Shown: positions 1-14,305 of the stretch, piece after piece
Position numbering within the stretch: the stretch's first letter is position 1
Layout: every line of letters begins with the position of its first letter
Assembly: GCF_009914755.1 (NCBI RefSeq)
Contig: NC_060944.1
Source of the DNA: the human T2T-CHM13v2.0 reference genome, Homo sapiens
Reading direction: 5' to 3' (one strand)
Length of the DNA stretch: 64,000 bases
The notes under the pieces: model-generated
Databases searched by the model: none
The model's input: the letters and a program-made list of their open reading frames with translations, nothing else
What the model was told of the DNA's origin: nothing
Position numbers and translations under genes: made by a program

Positions 1-339
1 CCATGCTAACTAAATCTGGCTTCATGCTTAACTTTATTAAAAAAGAATGGCCAAACTGCCAATGTATTTCTTTACAATATTTTTTATTTTACTTTCTTCA
101 AGATTAAGAACTTTATGAACAGTGTTAATTCGCTGAATTTCTCCAATTTTCTATCAGCTTTTAAAGAATATTTTACTATCTAAGCTTTTTCAACTTTTTT
201 TTTTTTTTTTAAATAACCAGTCATTTTACTTTAGGACAAAAATTTACCTTACAATTTACCATCCTTTCTCATATGAAAGTATTCTCTTTTCTTTATACCC
301 TTCCTTACCAAAAACACATCTTCATATCTGTAACTTTCT

Positions 340-639
<300 letters not shown>

Positions 640-758
640 CATATCTGTAACTTTCTTCACATCACTCTCCCCTACTTACTGATTCCTTACTACTTTGTTT
701 CATGAATAACCTTTTCAAGTCCATATTTTGAATTAAACTTTAGATAACTTCTGAATTA

Positions 759-986
<228 letters not shown>

Positions 987-1614
987 TCATTTTCCACTGG
1001 GTCTGATTTCTCAAAAGTCAAATGACATGCTCATGTGTTCTTGTAAAGTGAAAAAATGGAAGGATTTGGGAGACCAGGGAAGGAGGAAGAGACTGGATTG
1101 GGCCAGATGAGAATTTGGGCAGAGCAGCATGGGGCTGAGTGCCCAGATGACGGTGGATGGTCAGGAAGGCTTGGAATTCTGGAGAAGAGGAGTGAAGCAG
1201 GATGTGATTAGTGCTGCTGACTCAGGAGAGGGGCCTCAACACCCAGCCTGATGGTCCAGGGCTCAGACCACACTGATCCATTCTTGCTCATGACAGTGGA
1301 TCAAGCCATCACTGCACCCTGCATTGACAATGACAAAACCAAGTGAACGGTTGTTTTAAATTTAAACACAAGGAAAGCCTCACTGAGCATCTCCACCAGT
1401 TTGGGATGATACAGAGGTTTCACTGATGATCATAGATGCTCCTTAAAATGTCAGGATTCCAGCTGTCTGTGTGTAAGTGCTGTGGGCTCCTGGAAGCCCT
1501 GTGTGGCAGCAGATTTCATGGCAGAATATGCCATGTATCTCCGCTAATGTCTTAATTCAGTTGTAGATGACAAATAACAAACTCGAGCAGCCTCCTAAAG
1601 ACTTCACTTAGTAG

Positions 1615-2050
1615 ATGTTTCTGCTATTAATCCTGAGTAACAAACCATCTCAAAACTTAATAGCACAAAACACAATTTTAGCTTCCTCACAGATTCTGTG
1701 GGTCAGAACAGCTTATCTCTGCTCCAAGATGTCCGGGGTCCTCAGCTGGGAAGACTCAAACAACTCGGGGTGATTTGAGAGCAGGGGGTTGGAATCATTT
1801 GGAGTCTTCTTCACTCACCTGCCGGCTGGTTGATGTTGGCTGTCAGCTGTGACACCTACACATGGCCCCTCTGGGTACTGGGTACTGGTATCCCAAGGGA
1901 GCAAAATGGAAGCTGCATGGTACTTTTGTGATCTGGTTTTGGAAGTCACGTAGTGTCACTTCTGCTTATACACAGTTAGTCAAGGTGGTCACGAGAGCCT
2001 TTCTAGGTTCAACAAAGTGGCCACTTCATCAGTCTTATCACAATGGCATA
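1615..2050 (-). mobile_element. MLT1-type MaLR LTR fragment
   Basis: 'aacaaaccatctcaaaacttaatagc...cacagattctgtgggtcag' motifs. Confidence 0.5.
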
Positions 2051-2059
2051 CAACCCTGA

Positions 2060-2629
2060 TGTTACCGGTGGGCTGGGGGAGGTCCCCAAATGCCAATGGG
2101 ACCTTGACTCCAGCCAGCATCCAGGCTCTTGACACCATTGCAAGAAGGAATTCAAGGATGAGTCAGAAAATAGTGAAAGTATGGAGATTTATTGCAAAGT
2201 GAAAAGTACTCACTCAAAAAAAGGGGAGTGCAGGTGCACTTAAGAGAGTCATGCGAGGGGCTTTGAGGCTGCTACCTTTGTGGATTTCTTTAATCAAGGG
2301 GTGGAATGTTCATAAAGATTCCTGAAAAAAAGTGGACATTTCAGAACTGTGGTGCCATTCATTTTTACACCAAATATGGATGTTCCTGGAACTGTCATGG
2401 TGCTGGTGGGTGTGTAATTTAGTATGTTAATGATCATATAATGAGGGCCTAGGTGAAACCTAGGTCAAATCCAGTGCCATGTTTGGTCCAGTTGGTCTTA
2501 GCCAGTTTGGTGCACACCATTTTTCACCATCTTATCAGCTATTTCAACAGTTTCATTTTACTAGTCATGTGAAACTGCTGCCTGGGATTTTCTGTTCTCT
2601 TGCAACCACCCTGTATTATTCATATCTCA
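2060..2629 (-). mobile_element. ERV1 (MER4-group-like) solo LTR
   Basis: TG...CA bounded ~570 nt, reverse polyA signal (tttattg), typical 'caagaaggaattcaagg' segment. Confidence 0.55.
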
Positions 2630-2834
2630 TTTTCAGTGACCCTAGCATCTCTGAAGTGGTTCACTTTGTTTCTTCTTAGCTTCACCACCCTGACCTTCAA
2701 TCCCACACTGATAATCTTATTTGCAGGTTGACTACTAAAAAGAGTACTATGCTACTCCAGTCCTCCTATTTTTCAGATGAGGCAAGTGAGGTTCAGAAAG
2801 ACAAAGAGCATCCCCCAGAAGCAGCAGGCTGGTG

Positions 2835-3335
2835 ATTCCCAGGAAATACTTGGTTTCTTATTTCAACTGCATCAGAAGCCACCTCGATATTCAGTAGCTT
2901 AATAAACCCAACACTTTATTATTTTTCATGCTTCTGTGGATTAACTAGGTAGTTCTAAGTGTGGCGTTGGCTGGGGCACTGGGATAGCTGAACAGTCCAA
3001 ATGACCTCACTCACACAGCTGGTAGTTTTGTCAGCCACTGTTTAGGAGCTCAGCTGGGACTCTTGGCTAGGGAGCCTCTGTTCTCCTCCACATAACTGCT
3101 TGAGTTTCCTCCTATTATGGTGGCTGGGTTCAAAACAAAGACATTCCAGAATGGCGAAGGTGAAAGCTACAGATTTCTTAAGGCCTAGCCTTGGAAGTTA
3201 TACAGTGTCAATTCTACTATTATTTTTGTCAAAATAGCCCATGAGTCAGCCCAGATTCAAGGAGACAGGAAGTGGACTCCACCCAGCAATGGAATGAGTG
3301 GCAAAGAATATGTGATCATCTTTAATTCACCACAG
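2835..3335 (-). mobile_element. MLT1-type MaLR LTR fragment
   Basis: 'ggctgggttc...aggcctagccttggaagt...cccagattcaagga' motifs. Confidence 0.5.
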
Positions 3336-4190
3336 GTTCTCCAGTTGGTAGTGAAGCAGGTGAGCAAAGTTGAAGGCCCAGGTGTCAATCCCAGAGTGGT
3401 TTGTAAACATGAGGAACAACTAATGACCAACAGGAGGAGGATAGTTAAAATAATTATGTTCAATATATGCGGTGGAGTACTCTATCACTGTTAACAAAAG
3501 ACACAGAAACGTATTTGTAATACATTGCTACATGAAAAAAGAGCTTATAAAAACACTGTGCAGGGCATAATCCCATTTTTATTTAGGGAAAATTTTACCC
3601 AACTTTACCTGTATGTGCACAGAAAAGCTTCTGAAAGAAGATACACCATCATTCTTGTGGTGGTTATCTCAGAGGGTGACATTGATTTCTTTTTTTCTTC
3701 TAGCGAATTTGTACCTTCTTTAAAAAATTACCACAGAAATTGATTTTTTTAAATAAAAAAGAAATTCCCAAAGGGCACCAAAACAACCCAGTTATTCTCT
3801 CTGGGAATTGCAGCCAGGCACTGCGCCTGAGGCCTTCCCTTCAGTGTAGCCCTCACTAGTGTCAGTGCGGCCCCAGCTCAAGAGAGCCTCTTTGAGTAAA
3901 GACTTCCCAAGGCCTCTTCTCCTGCCCTGTGCTCCCAGCCAGGATCCTCTCCCAGTGACTTGGGAGTCTTGGACAAGGCAGCACCCACAGCTCAACCTAG
4001 GGGCTCTTTGGGTGAGAAAATCCTTGTGCCTTTTGGTGTTAGTGGGTTAGTTTTTGGATTAGGTGAAGTGACCTCTTGAGTGTAAATTCACGGACACAGG
4101 TCAGGTGTGACAGAGAGGAGGGTAAATGGGAAGGAGCTAGTGTTTATTAAATGCCTAGCAAGTGCAAGAGCAGTGCCAGGCATTGCCCAT

Positions 4191-6473
4191 TGATACGGTT
4201 TCGCTGTGTCCCCACCACAATTTCAACTTGAATTGTATCTCCCAGAATTCTCACATGTTGTGGAAGGAACCCAAAGGGAGGTAATTGAATCATGGGGGCT
4301 GGTCTTTCCTGTGCTATTCTCGTAATAGTGAATAAGTCCCACGAGATCTGATGGGTGTATCAGGGGTTTCCACTTTTGCTTCTTCCTCATTCTCTCTTGC
4401 CACCGCCATGTAAGCAGTACCTTTCACCTTCTGCCATGATTCTGAGGCCTCCCTAACCATGTGGACCTGTAAGTTCAATTAAACTTCTTTTTCTTCCCAG
4501 TCTCAAGTATGTCTGTATCAGCAGTGTGAAAACAGACTAATACAGTAAATTGGTACCTGTAGAGTGGTGTGTTGCTGAAAAGGTATCCGAAAATGTGGAA
4601 GCGACTTTGCAACTGGGTCATAGGCAGAGCCTGCAACAGTTTGGAGGGCTCAGAAGAAGACAGGAAAATGTGGGAAAGTGGAAATTCCTAGAGACTTGTT
4701 GAATGGCTTTGCCCAAAATGCTGATAGTAATGTGGACAATAAGGTCCAGGCTAAGGTGGTCTCAGATGGAGCTGAGGAACTTGTTGGGAATTGAAGTAAA
4801 GGTAACTGTTGTTATGTTTTAGCAGAGACTGGCAGTATTTTGCCCCTGCCCTCAGAGATTTGTGGAACTTTGAACTTGAGAAAGATGGTTTAGGGTTATC
4901 TGGAGGAAGAAATTTCTAAGAAGCAAAGCATTCAAGAGGTGACTTGGGTACTGTTAAAGGCATTCAGATTTATAAGGGAAGCAGAGCATAAAAGTTTGGA
5001 AAATTTGCAGCCTGATTATGTGATAGAAAAGAAAAATCCATTTTCTGGGGAGAAATTCAAGCTGGTTGCAGAAATTTGTATAAGTAGCAAGGAGCCTAAT
5101 GTTAATCCCCAAGGCCATGGGGAAAATGTCTCCAGGCCATGTCAGAGACCTTCATGGCAGCCCCTCCCATCACAGGCCCAGGGTCTCAGGAGGAAAAAAT
5201 GGTTTTGTGGGCTGGGCCCAGGGTCCCTGTGCTGTGTGCAGCCTGGGGACTTGGGGCCTTGCATCCCAGCCACTCCAGCTGTGGCTGAAAGGGGCCAACA
5301 TACAGCTTGGGCTGTGGCTTCAGAGGGTGGAAGCCCAAGCCTTGGCAGCTTCCACATGGTGTTGAGCCTGCAGGTGCACAGAAGTCAAGAATTAAGGTTT
5401 GGGAACCTCCACCTAGATTTCAGAAGATGTATGGAAACGCCTGGATGCTCAGACAAAAGTTTGCTGTAGGGGTGGTGCCCTCATAGAGAACCTCACTAGG
5501 GCAGTGCAGAAGGGAAATGTGGGGTCAGAGCCCCCACACAGAGTCCCTACTGTGGCACTGCCTAGTGATGCTGTGAGAAGAGGGCCACCGTCCTTCAGAC
5601 CCCAGAATGGTAGTTCCACTGACAGCTTGCATCATGCACCTGGAAAAGCCACAGACACTCAATGCCAGCTCATGAAAGCAGCTTGGAGGGAGGCTGTACC
5701 CTGCAAAGCCACAGAGGTGGAGCTGCCCAAGACCGTGGGAACCCACTTCTTCCATCAGTGTGACCTGGATGTGAGACATGGAGTCAAAGGAGATCATTTT
5801 GGAGCTTTGAAATTTGACTTCCCCACTAGATTTCAGACCTGCATGGACCATGTAACCCCTTTGTTTTGGCCAACTTCTCCCATTTGGAATGGCTGTATTC
5901 ACCCAATGCCTGTACCCCTATTGTATCTAGGAAGTAACTAGCTTGCTTTTGATTTTACAGGCTCATAGGCAGAAGGGACTTGCCTTGTCTCAGATGAAAC
6001 TTTGGACTGTGAACTTTTGGGTTAATGCTGAAAAGAGTTAAGATTTTGGGAGATTGTTGGGATGGCATGGTTGGTTTTGAAATGTGAGGACATGAGATTT
6101 GGAGAGGCCAGGGGCTGAATGATATGGTTTGGCTGTGTCCCCACCATAATCTCAACGTGAATTGTATCTTCCAGAATTCCTACATGTTGTGGGAGGGACC
6201 CAGGGAGAGGTAATTGAATCATGGAGGCTGGTCTTTCCCGTGTTGTTCTCATGATAGTGAATAAGTCTCATGAGGTCTGATAGGTTTATCAAGGGTTTCC
6301 GCTTTTGCTTCTTCCGCATTCTTTCTTGCCACCACCATGTAAGAAGTGCCTTTCCCCTTCTACCATGATTCTGAGGTCTCTCCAAGCATGTGGAACTGTA
6401 AGTCCAATTAAACCTCTTTTTCTTGCCAGTCTCGGGTATGTCTTTATCAGCAGCATGAAAATAAACTAATACA
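4191..6473 (+). mobile_element. Full-length THE1 (THE1A-like) MaLR element: LTR 4191-4544, internal 4545-6119, LTR 6120-6473
   Basis: Two ~350-nt LTRs (TGATAyGGTTT.GCTGTGTCCCCA...CTAATACA), ~1.6-kb internal part, 5-bp TSD CCCAT on both sides. Confidence 0.92.
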
Positions 6474-9400
6474 CCCATTGATTATTTTGTGAAACTCTCA
6501 CAGCCATCCTGGGTAATAAGGGGTCTTATCCTCATTTCAGATGAGGATGTGAGGCTCAGAAAGCTTAAGCGACCAGCTCAGGTCCATCCAGCAAGCAAGT
6601 GGAGCAGCTGGGACATGGCCCCAAGTATGACCCTAGAACCTGCTCTTTTTCACTGCTCCATAGCGAGTAGAGGCACAGAAAAACAAGAAGGAAAAACAAG
6701 AGGGTTTGGAGAAAAGAAAAAGGACTAGTCTCATGAGAACATGTGAGCAGCAGGAGATGGGTATAGTAAATTGGTACCAGATCATGAATGCATTGATGCC
6801 TGGAAGGCTGGCTGAAGAGTTTGGGTTTTCTCTTGCAGGCAGTGGGGAGCTACGGAAGTTTCTTGGGGAGGAGAGGTACCTGACATTGGTATTGGATATG
6901 CTGAGATGGACAAAGTAGACTGGAGTGAGAAAGGCTGGAGTCAGGGCCTTGGAGGAAGACAGGAGACCCCTGGGGGCAGGGGAGGGGATCTGATCAAGTG
7001 GACATTGGCATTTCATTTCATGAGACCTCCTTGAGTGAAGTGAGTGCTACCGCCTGGATCCCTGAGGTGTCCCCACTTCCAAGCCCCAAGGTCTGAGCTC
7101 AGGCATGAAGCCCCATCCCATGCCCCAGCTACCACCTTCTTTCTGCCATGCCTGAGGTTCTCCAACTGGATGCAGGCACCCTGCCAATGTCACCAATGCT
7201 TGCTCTCAAATGATTAAACTTTCTGTTTTGCACATGATTCTGGAGCAGAGTGAGTGTCTGTGGTTCACTGACACCATCAGCCTAAAAGTCCCCAGCATGG
7301 AGCTCAAGAAATGCAAGTCCTCTCCTGCTTCCCCCCATAAGACCTTTAATTTTTCGTGGAAACTGAGGCCCAGGACATCAAAGGGCCACTTACCAGGAGT
7401 AGTACGGCAGGGTCAGGACCCAGCCTCTGAGCCCTCATCAAAGTTTCTCTCACTTCATCATAGAAGCCCCAGGGCAGCAGGTAAAAAAATTGCAGATCCC
7501 CAGGCCCACACTCCCCAGAGCTTCTGTCTCAGTAGTTCCAGGATGGAGAACTGGAATCCAAATTTAATAAGCTGCATGGGTGGGTCTGATGCAGCTGGAT
7601 TGGGGGACACTTGGAGAAACATTGCTTTAGTCGACTCTTGCCTTTAGGCAGTCAGGGAAACTAAGGCTTGGAGAGGGCAAGGGGCACACAGCAAGCAGGT
7701 GATGGAGTTGATTGTAGAACCAGGTATTTGATGCCCACCTCTAAGTCCAGGTGACCGTGACTTACATGTGATGGTGTTCCACGGGATCCCTCAAGCCCCA
7801 AGAGTGTCTCCCTCCCCTGCTCAAGGTATGAGCCAAGTGTGACAGCTCAGCTGTCAACTCCCAGCCCAGCCACTTTCCAGGCAAAAGGTGACTCGGAAAA
7901 GGACGAATACAGAAGCTGGCATGGCCCAGGTTTGATAAAAACAAGCCGGGCATTTGCCCAAAGGGAGCCACAGGGGCTCAGCTCTAAGGAACACTTGTTC
8001 TGAGCCCTGAGCTGACTCCAGACCTGCCTCCCTCCCCGCCCCACCTGAATGCTGACATCTCACCTGTTGGCCTCACCAGATGCCATATATCTGCCCCCTG
8101 GGGGATTCCACACCTCCCTCCCAGTCTCTCAGGCCACACTGCCATGGCCCTATCAGTCCTCCTCCACCTGCTCTTGTCCTCACCCAGTCTTGCCACAGCC
8201 CTCTCCACTTCAAGTTGCTGGGACCCTTTTGTCGTCACTGTTCTGGTTCTGGACCTTCTTTCCTAGTTTCTGGACCCGAAAAGACTCCCAGGTCCTGTCT
8301 TTGCCCAGATCTGCCCTGTCATGAGTCACAGATCTGAGCATCTGATCCTTCATCCAGTGAGCATTAATTGAGCAACTACTATATGCCAGGTTATGTGGTT
8401 ATGTGGACAGCCTCCCTTCCCTATTGTCATCCAAATTTAGGCAGCTCTACTATTTTGTGGGCCAAGTGTGGACCTGGAAATCTTTGCCAAGTCTGTGATT
8501 CCCCCGCCAACCTCCATCCACTAACCCCTGGGGGTCTATTATTTCTCCAGTGTACTGCCAGGGGTCCAGGAGCAGGTTCCCATGCTCCTCCGCACACTTG
8601 GGCAGTGCCCTACCCCACAGGAGGGTTATAAAGCATGTTGTGGTTGCAATCTCACTTGACCCTCATCTGGGAACTGAGAGAGAAAGCAGAGATTCGAATT
8701 CCCATTTCACAAGTGGGGGAACTGAAGCATGGGAAGGTGATCTGGTGAGGAAAGGCAGTGTTGGGATGGTGATTCAGGCCTCCTGATCTCGCCTGCAGGG
8801 CTCTTTCCTCTGATCATTACAGCAACAATGGATCGAGTCTACTCGGTGCCCAGCTTAGTGATAAGCTCCTGGCATGCACTCATTCAGCCATCACAACGGC
8901 TCCTCAAAGCAGGAACAACCATTATCTCTACTTTACATGTGAGGGAATTGAGGCCCAGAGAGGGGAATTGAGGCCAGAGAGGGCACTTGAGGTCACCTGG
9001 TGCATGATGAGCAAAGTTCGGTTTCAAATGCAGGTTGTCCTGACATCAGAGCGCCAGATCCTAACCTAAGCCACAGAGATTATGGGGGGAAATTTAAATC
9101 CAGCCATAGGTGTGGTCCTGGAAAGTGGCCAGAGGAGGTGGGGGTGAGGTTAGGAGTCAGTCCACATTGCACTATCAGCATTGAAACTGACACTTGAATA
9201 ATCCTATACTCAAACCTATGGAGAGTTTTCTTGTATCCCTGCTGCAATTTACCTGATATAAGACACAGCATGGCCGTGGCTTCAGATGGGGGTTTCTGGG
9301 CTCCCTGATAGAAAAACAGGTGGAGCTGCTGTGGGGCTTGGAAGCCCTGCCCTGCAGACCCTTTCACCTCCAAGACTGCCCCTACTTAATGAGGATAACA

Positions 9401-9889
9401 CGGCAACCATGGTGATAGCTCTCTACTAAAGGAAGATGGACAGGATGGTCACAGTCACAGCTCGGATGGTCACAGTCGCAGCTCAGATGTTCCGAGCACT
9501 TGCCATGTGCCAGGTGCCACGTGGCCAAGCCCTATATTTCCCTATTTCTTTACTTTTTCTTGTCCTCATTTTACAGATGAGAAATTGAGGTTTAGTCAAG
9601 TTAGCTGACCACTTCAAGAGCATACTGCTCATAAATGGAAGACTCAGGATTTAAACCCAGTGCCCACAGATGCCTCGACCATCTTTAATCCAGTGGATTG
9701 GAGCAGGGATACAAGAAAACTGTCCACAGATTTGAATGTAGGATTATTTAAATGAATCCATTTCTGCAGTGTCATCATTCCTGTGTTCTCTTTTCCAAGA
9801 ATCTTCCTTTTAAGGGTGGCTTCTCCTTTCCCATCTTTTTTTCCACATTCTTTCTCCTGTTTTTTTCTTTTAAGTACAGGGATAATCGA

Positions 9890-10160
9890 ACATTTTGGGA
9901 GGCCAAGGTGGGCAGATCACTTGAGCTCAGGAGTTCGAGACCAGCCTGGGCAACATGGCGAAACCCCATCTCTACCAAAAATACAAAAATTAGCTGGGCA
10001 TTGGTGGTGCGCACCTGTGGTACCAGCTACTCAAGAGGCTGAGGTGGGAGGATCGCTGGAGACCGGGAAGTCAAGGCCACAGTGAGCTGAGATCACGCCA
10101 CTGGACACCAGCCTGGGTGACAGAGTGAGACCTTGTCTCAAAAATAAATAAATAAATTAA
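9890..10160 (+). mobile_element. Alu (AluJ-like)
   Basis: Alu consensus match. Confidence 0.85.
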
Positions 10161-10179
10161 TTAATTTAAATACAGGAAC

Positions 10180-10428
10180 TCGCTCTGACACTTGGGCTGG
10201 AGTGCAGTGGTGTGATCATAATTCACTGCAGACTTGAACTCCTGGGCTCCAGCAATCCTCCCACCTCAGCCTCCTGAATAGCTGTGATTACAGGCATGAG
10301 CCACTACATCCAGCTAACATATTTTTTGTAGAGATGGGGTCTCACTGTGTTGTCCAGGCAGCCTGCCCACCCCTGGCCTTAAGCGATCCTCCCACCTAGT
10401 GCTGGGATTACAGATAGGAGCTGCCACT
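10180..10428 (-). mobile_element. Alu (AluJ-like, degenerate), inverted relative to its neighbour
   Basis: Alu consensus match on the minus strand. Confidence 0.75.
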
Positions 10429-11094
10429 GAATCTTTCTGCTTCTTAGCATTTCTCTCTTTGTCCCCAACCCCTACTCAAGTGCATTGCCTGGGGGGCTCA
10501 ACCTCCAGGGCTCTGAACAAAGGGACAGAGTGATGCTCCAGTGGCCAGGAAGCAAGCCAGGTGGTTTTCAATTAGCTTTCAACAAAAGAGGAGTGTTGCT
10601 GCTGGTGGTGGTATTAATCTGCTGGAATTGTTGCAAAACCATTTTTGATAAAACATCATCACATGATTTTTGGCATTTACATTGAAAGCAGTTCAAAGAA
10701 TTGAGCAACACTGTTTTACCAAAACTCTGTTCATTCTTATCTGCTGACCTGTATTTGCTAAACAAATAAGCGGATGTTTTTTAAGAGCGCTTAGGTCTCT
10801 AAAAATGAAAATTAGGTCTCTGATGAGTGCTAAACACTGCCTCCTTCTAGCAATAAGCAAATTATAAATCTGTTAAAAGAACTAATTGGAAAAAAGCCCA
10901 ATCCATGTCATTAACACATCCATTTCCAAATCAATATTACTTTGTGTTTAATTATTATCAAAATTTGTTTTGATAAATTGTATATCACTATTAATAGTAA
11001 CAATCTAAAAGATTATTTTAAATACATAGTGTCCACTGGTCAAAGGAGATTTGAAAAAAATTTAATCAAGATACATATTTTTTTAATGTTTACT

Positions 11095-12090
<996 letters not shown>

Positions 12091-12664
12091 AAAGATAGAT
12101 ATTTCTGATGCAGAAGAGTCTACCTCTCTCCTTCCCTGTCCAACTTCATTCTCTGTTTTTTCCATTTGCGAGCTTCACACCAGCTTTGCTGGCCTCCTAA
12201 CTATTCCTGTAATGCACCAGCACCTTCCCCACCCCAGGGCCTCTGCATGTACTGTCCCTCTGCCTGGACTGGTCAACCTTCAATAGTATTATGGCTGCCT
12301 CTCTCACCCTCTGCAGTCTTCACTCTAAGTCACCTTCTCAGGGAAGGTTTCTCTGACCTCTGTATCTAAAATTTCTCCTCCTTCCCCTCAACTCTTTTCT
12401 CCTTCTGCCCTGCCTGCCTCCCCCTCACTCCACCAATCACTGTTATACTTATTTGCTTTGTTTATATATCAACTAAAATGTCAGTTATATGAGAACAGGA
12501 GCTTTTGTCTGTTTTGCTCACCTGGTGACCCCAGTACAGAGCCTGGCTTGTAGCAGACGTTCAATACACTGTATTTAGATGAATGGAGGAATGAGCAAAT
12601 GAAGGAATGGATGAATGAGTTTAATCAACATCGGACTTTCAAGCATAAATATCTATTACATTAG

Positions 12665-13094
<430 letters not shown>

Positions 13095-13274
13095 AGTTCA
13101 CATGTTTGTAAATGGACGAAGGTGGAAATCAAACCACTGTGGAATTTGTAGTCCATTGGATACATGTATAAATGCACATAAAGAAATATAAATGTATTCC
13201 TTTTAAATGTCAGTATTTGCAATCCCCTGAAAATAAAATTGACAACTACTTCAACTCATGCTGAAAATTTGAGA

Positions 13275-13830
13275 CGTCAACTTGCAAACGGGTGAGGGTC
13301 ATGTGATACCACCAGAATGGCTAAAGTGTAAAATGGGAAATGCCAAGTGCTGGCGATCAGAACTTGCCTTCATTGCTGGTGAGAGTATCAGATGGTGTAT
13401 GTGGAAATCTGCTTGGCAGTGTCTACTGGAACTGAATACTCACAAACCGCAGGATCCAGCCATTCCACTCCTGGGTACACACCCAACAGCAATAAGCACA
13501 CATGTTCACCAAAAGGCACCAGAAGCTTTGCAGCAGCATTGTACGTAAGCCCCAAACTGGAAACTGCCCAAACACCCATCAACAGTAGACGGAAAAACGA
13601 CATTGCGGTAACTTACACAATGGAGCACACTCAGGCATTTAAAATGAACAAACAAGGCCTGCACACAACCACATGGATTAATCACACAACTGTGATGTTG
13701 AGTGAAAGAACCAGGCACAAAAAGGCACGTTCTGCACGATTCCATTTACGTAACATTCAAAACCCAGCCAAATGAATCTGCAGTGTGAGACATGAGAATG
13801 GTACTGGAGTTCCCTTTGGGGGCAAGTTAG
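13275..13830 (+). mobile_element. Old L1 (L1ME-like) 3' fragment
   Basis: 'ccagccattccactcctgggtacacaccc...ccccaaactggaaactgcccaaa' L1M motifs. Confidence 0.65.
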
Positions 13831-13909
13831 AGACTGGGAGGGGCCTAAGTGGGGCTCTGGGGATGTGGACGATGCCATATGTTTTGCTTGGATGCTGGTT
13901 GGGTGGCAT

Positions 13910-14305
13910 GTTAGCCTGCTCAGGCTGCGATAACAAAGTACCCCAGACTGGGTGGCTTAAACAACAGGTGTTTATTTTTCTCATCGTCTGGAAGGCTCAA
14001 AATCCAGGCTCAAGGTATTGGCAGGGTCCGTTTCATTCCAAGGCCTCTCTCACTGGCTTGCAGATGGCCGTCTCCTTGCTCCATCTTCCCATGGCCTTGC
14101 CTCTGTGTGTGTCTGTGTCCTCATCTCTTCTTATAAAGACACCAGTCATACTGGACTAGGCCCCACCTCATGAGCTCATTTTAAATGGATTAATTACCTC
14201 GTTAAAGACACTATCTCTGAATACAGTCACATTCTGAGATACGGGGGGTTAGGACTTCAACATATAAATTTGGGGTGCTGGTTGGGGACACAGATTAGTC
14301 CCTAA
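13910..14305 (-). mobile_element. MLT1A/B-type LTR
   Basis: 'ggctgcgataacaaagtaccccagactgggtggcttaaacaacag...ggttaggacttcaacatataaattt'. Confidence 0.7.

Noticed and set aside
4939-5941. ORFs of 125-176 aa
   Set aside because: Lie in the THE1 internal region; no host gene structure
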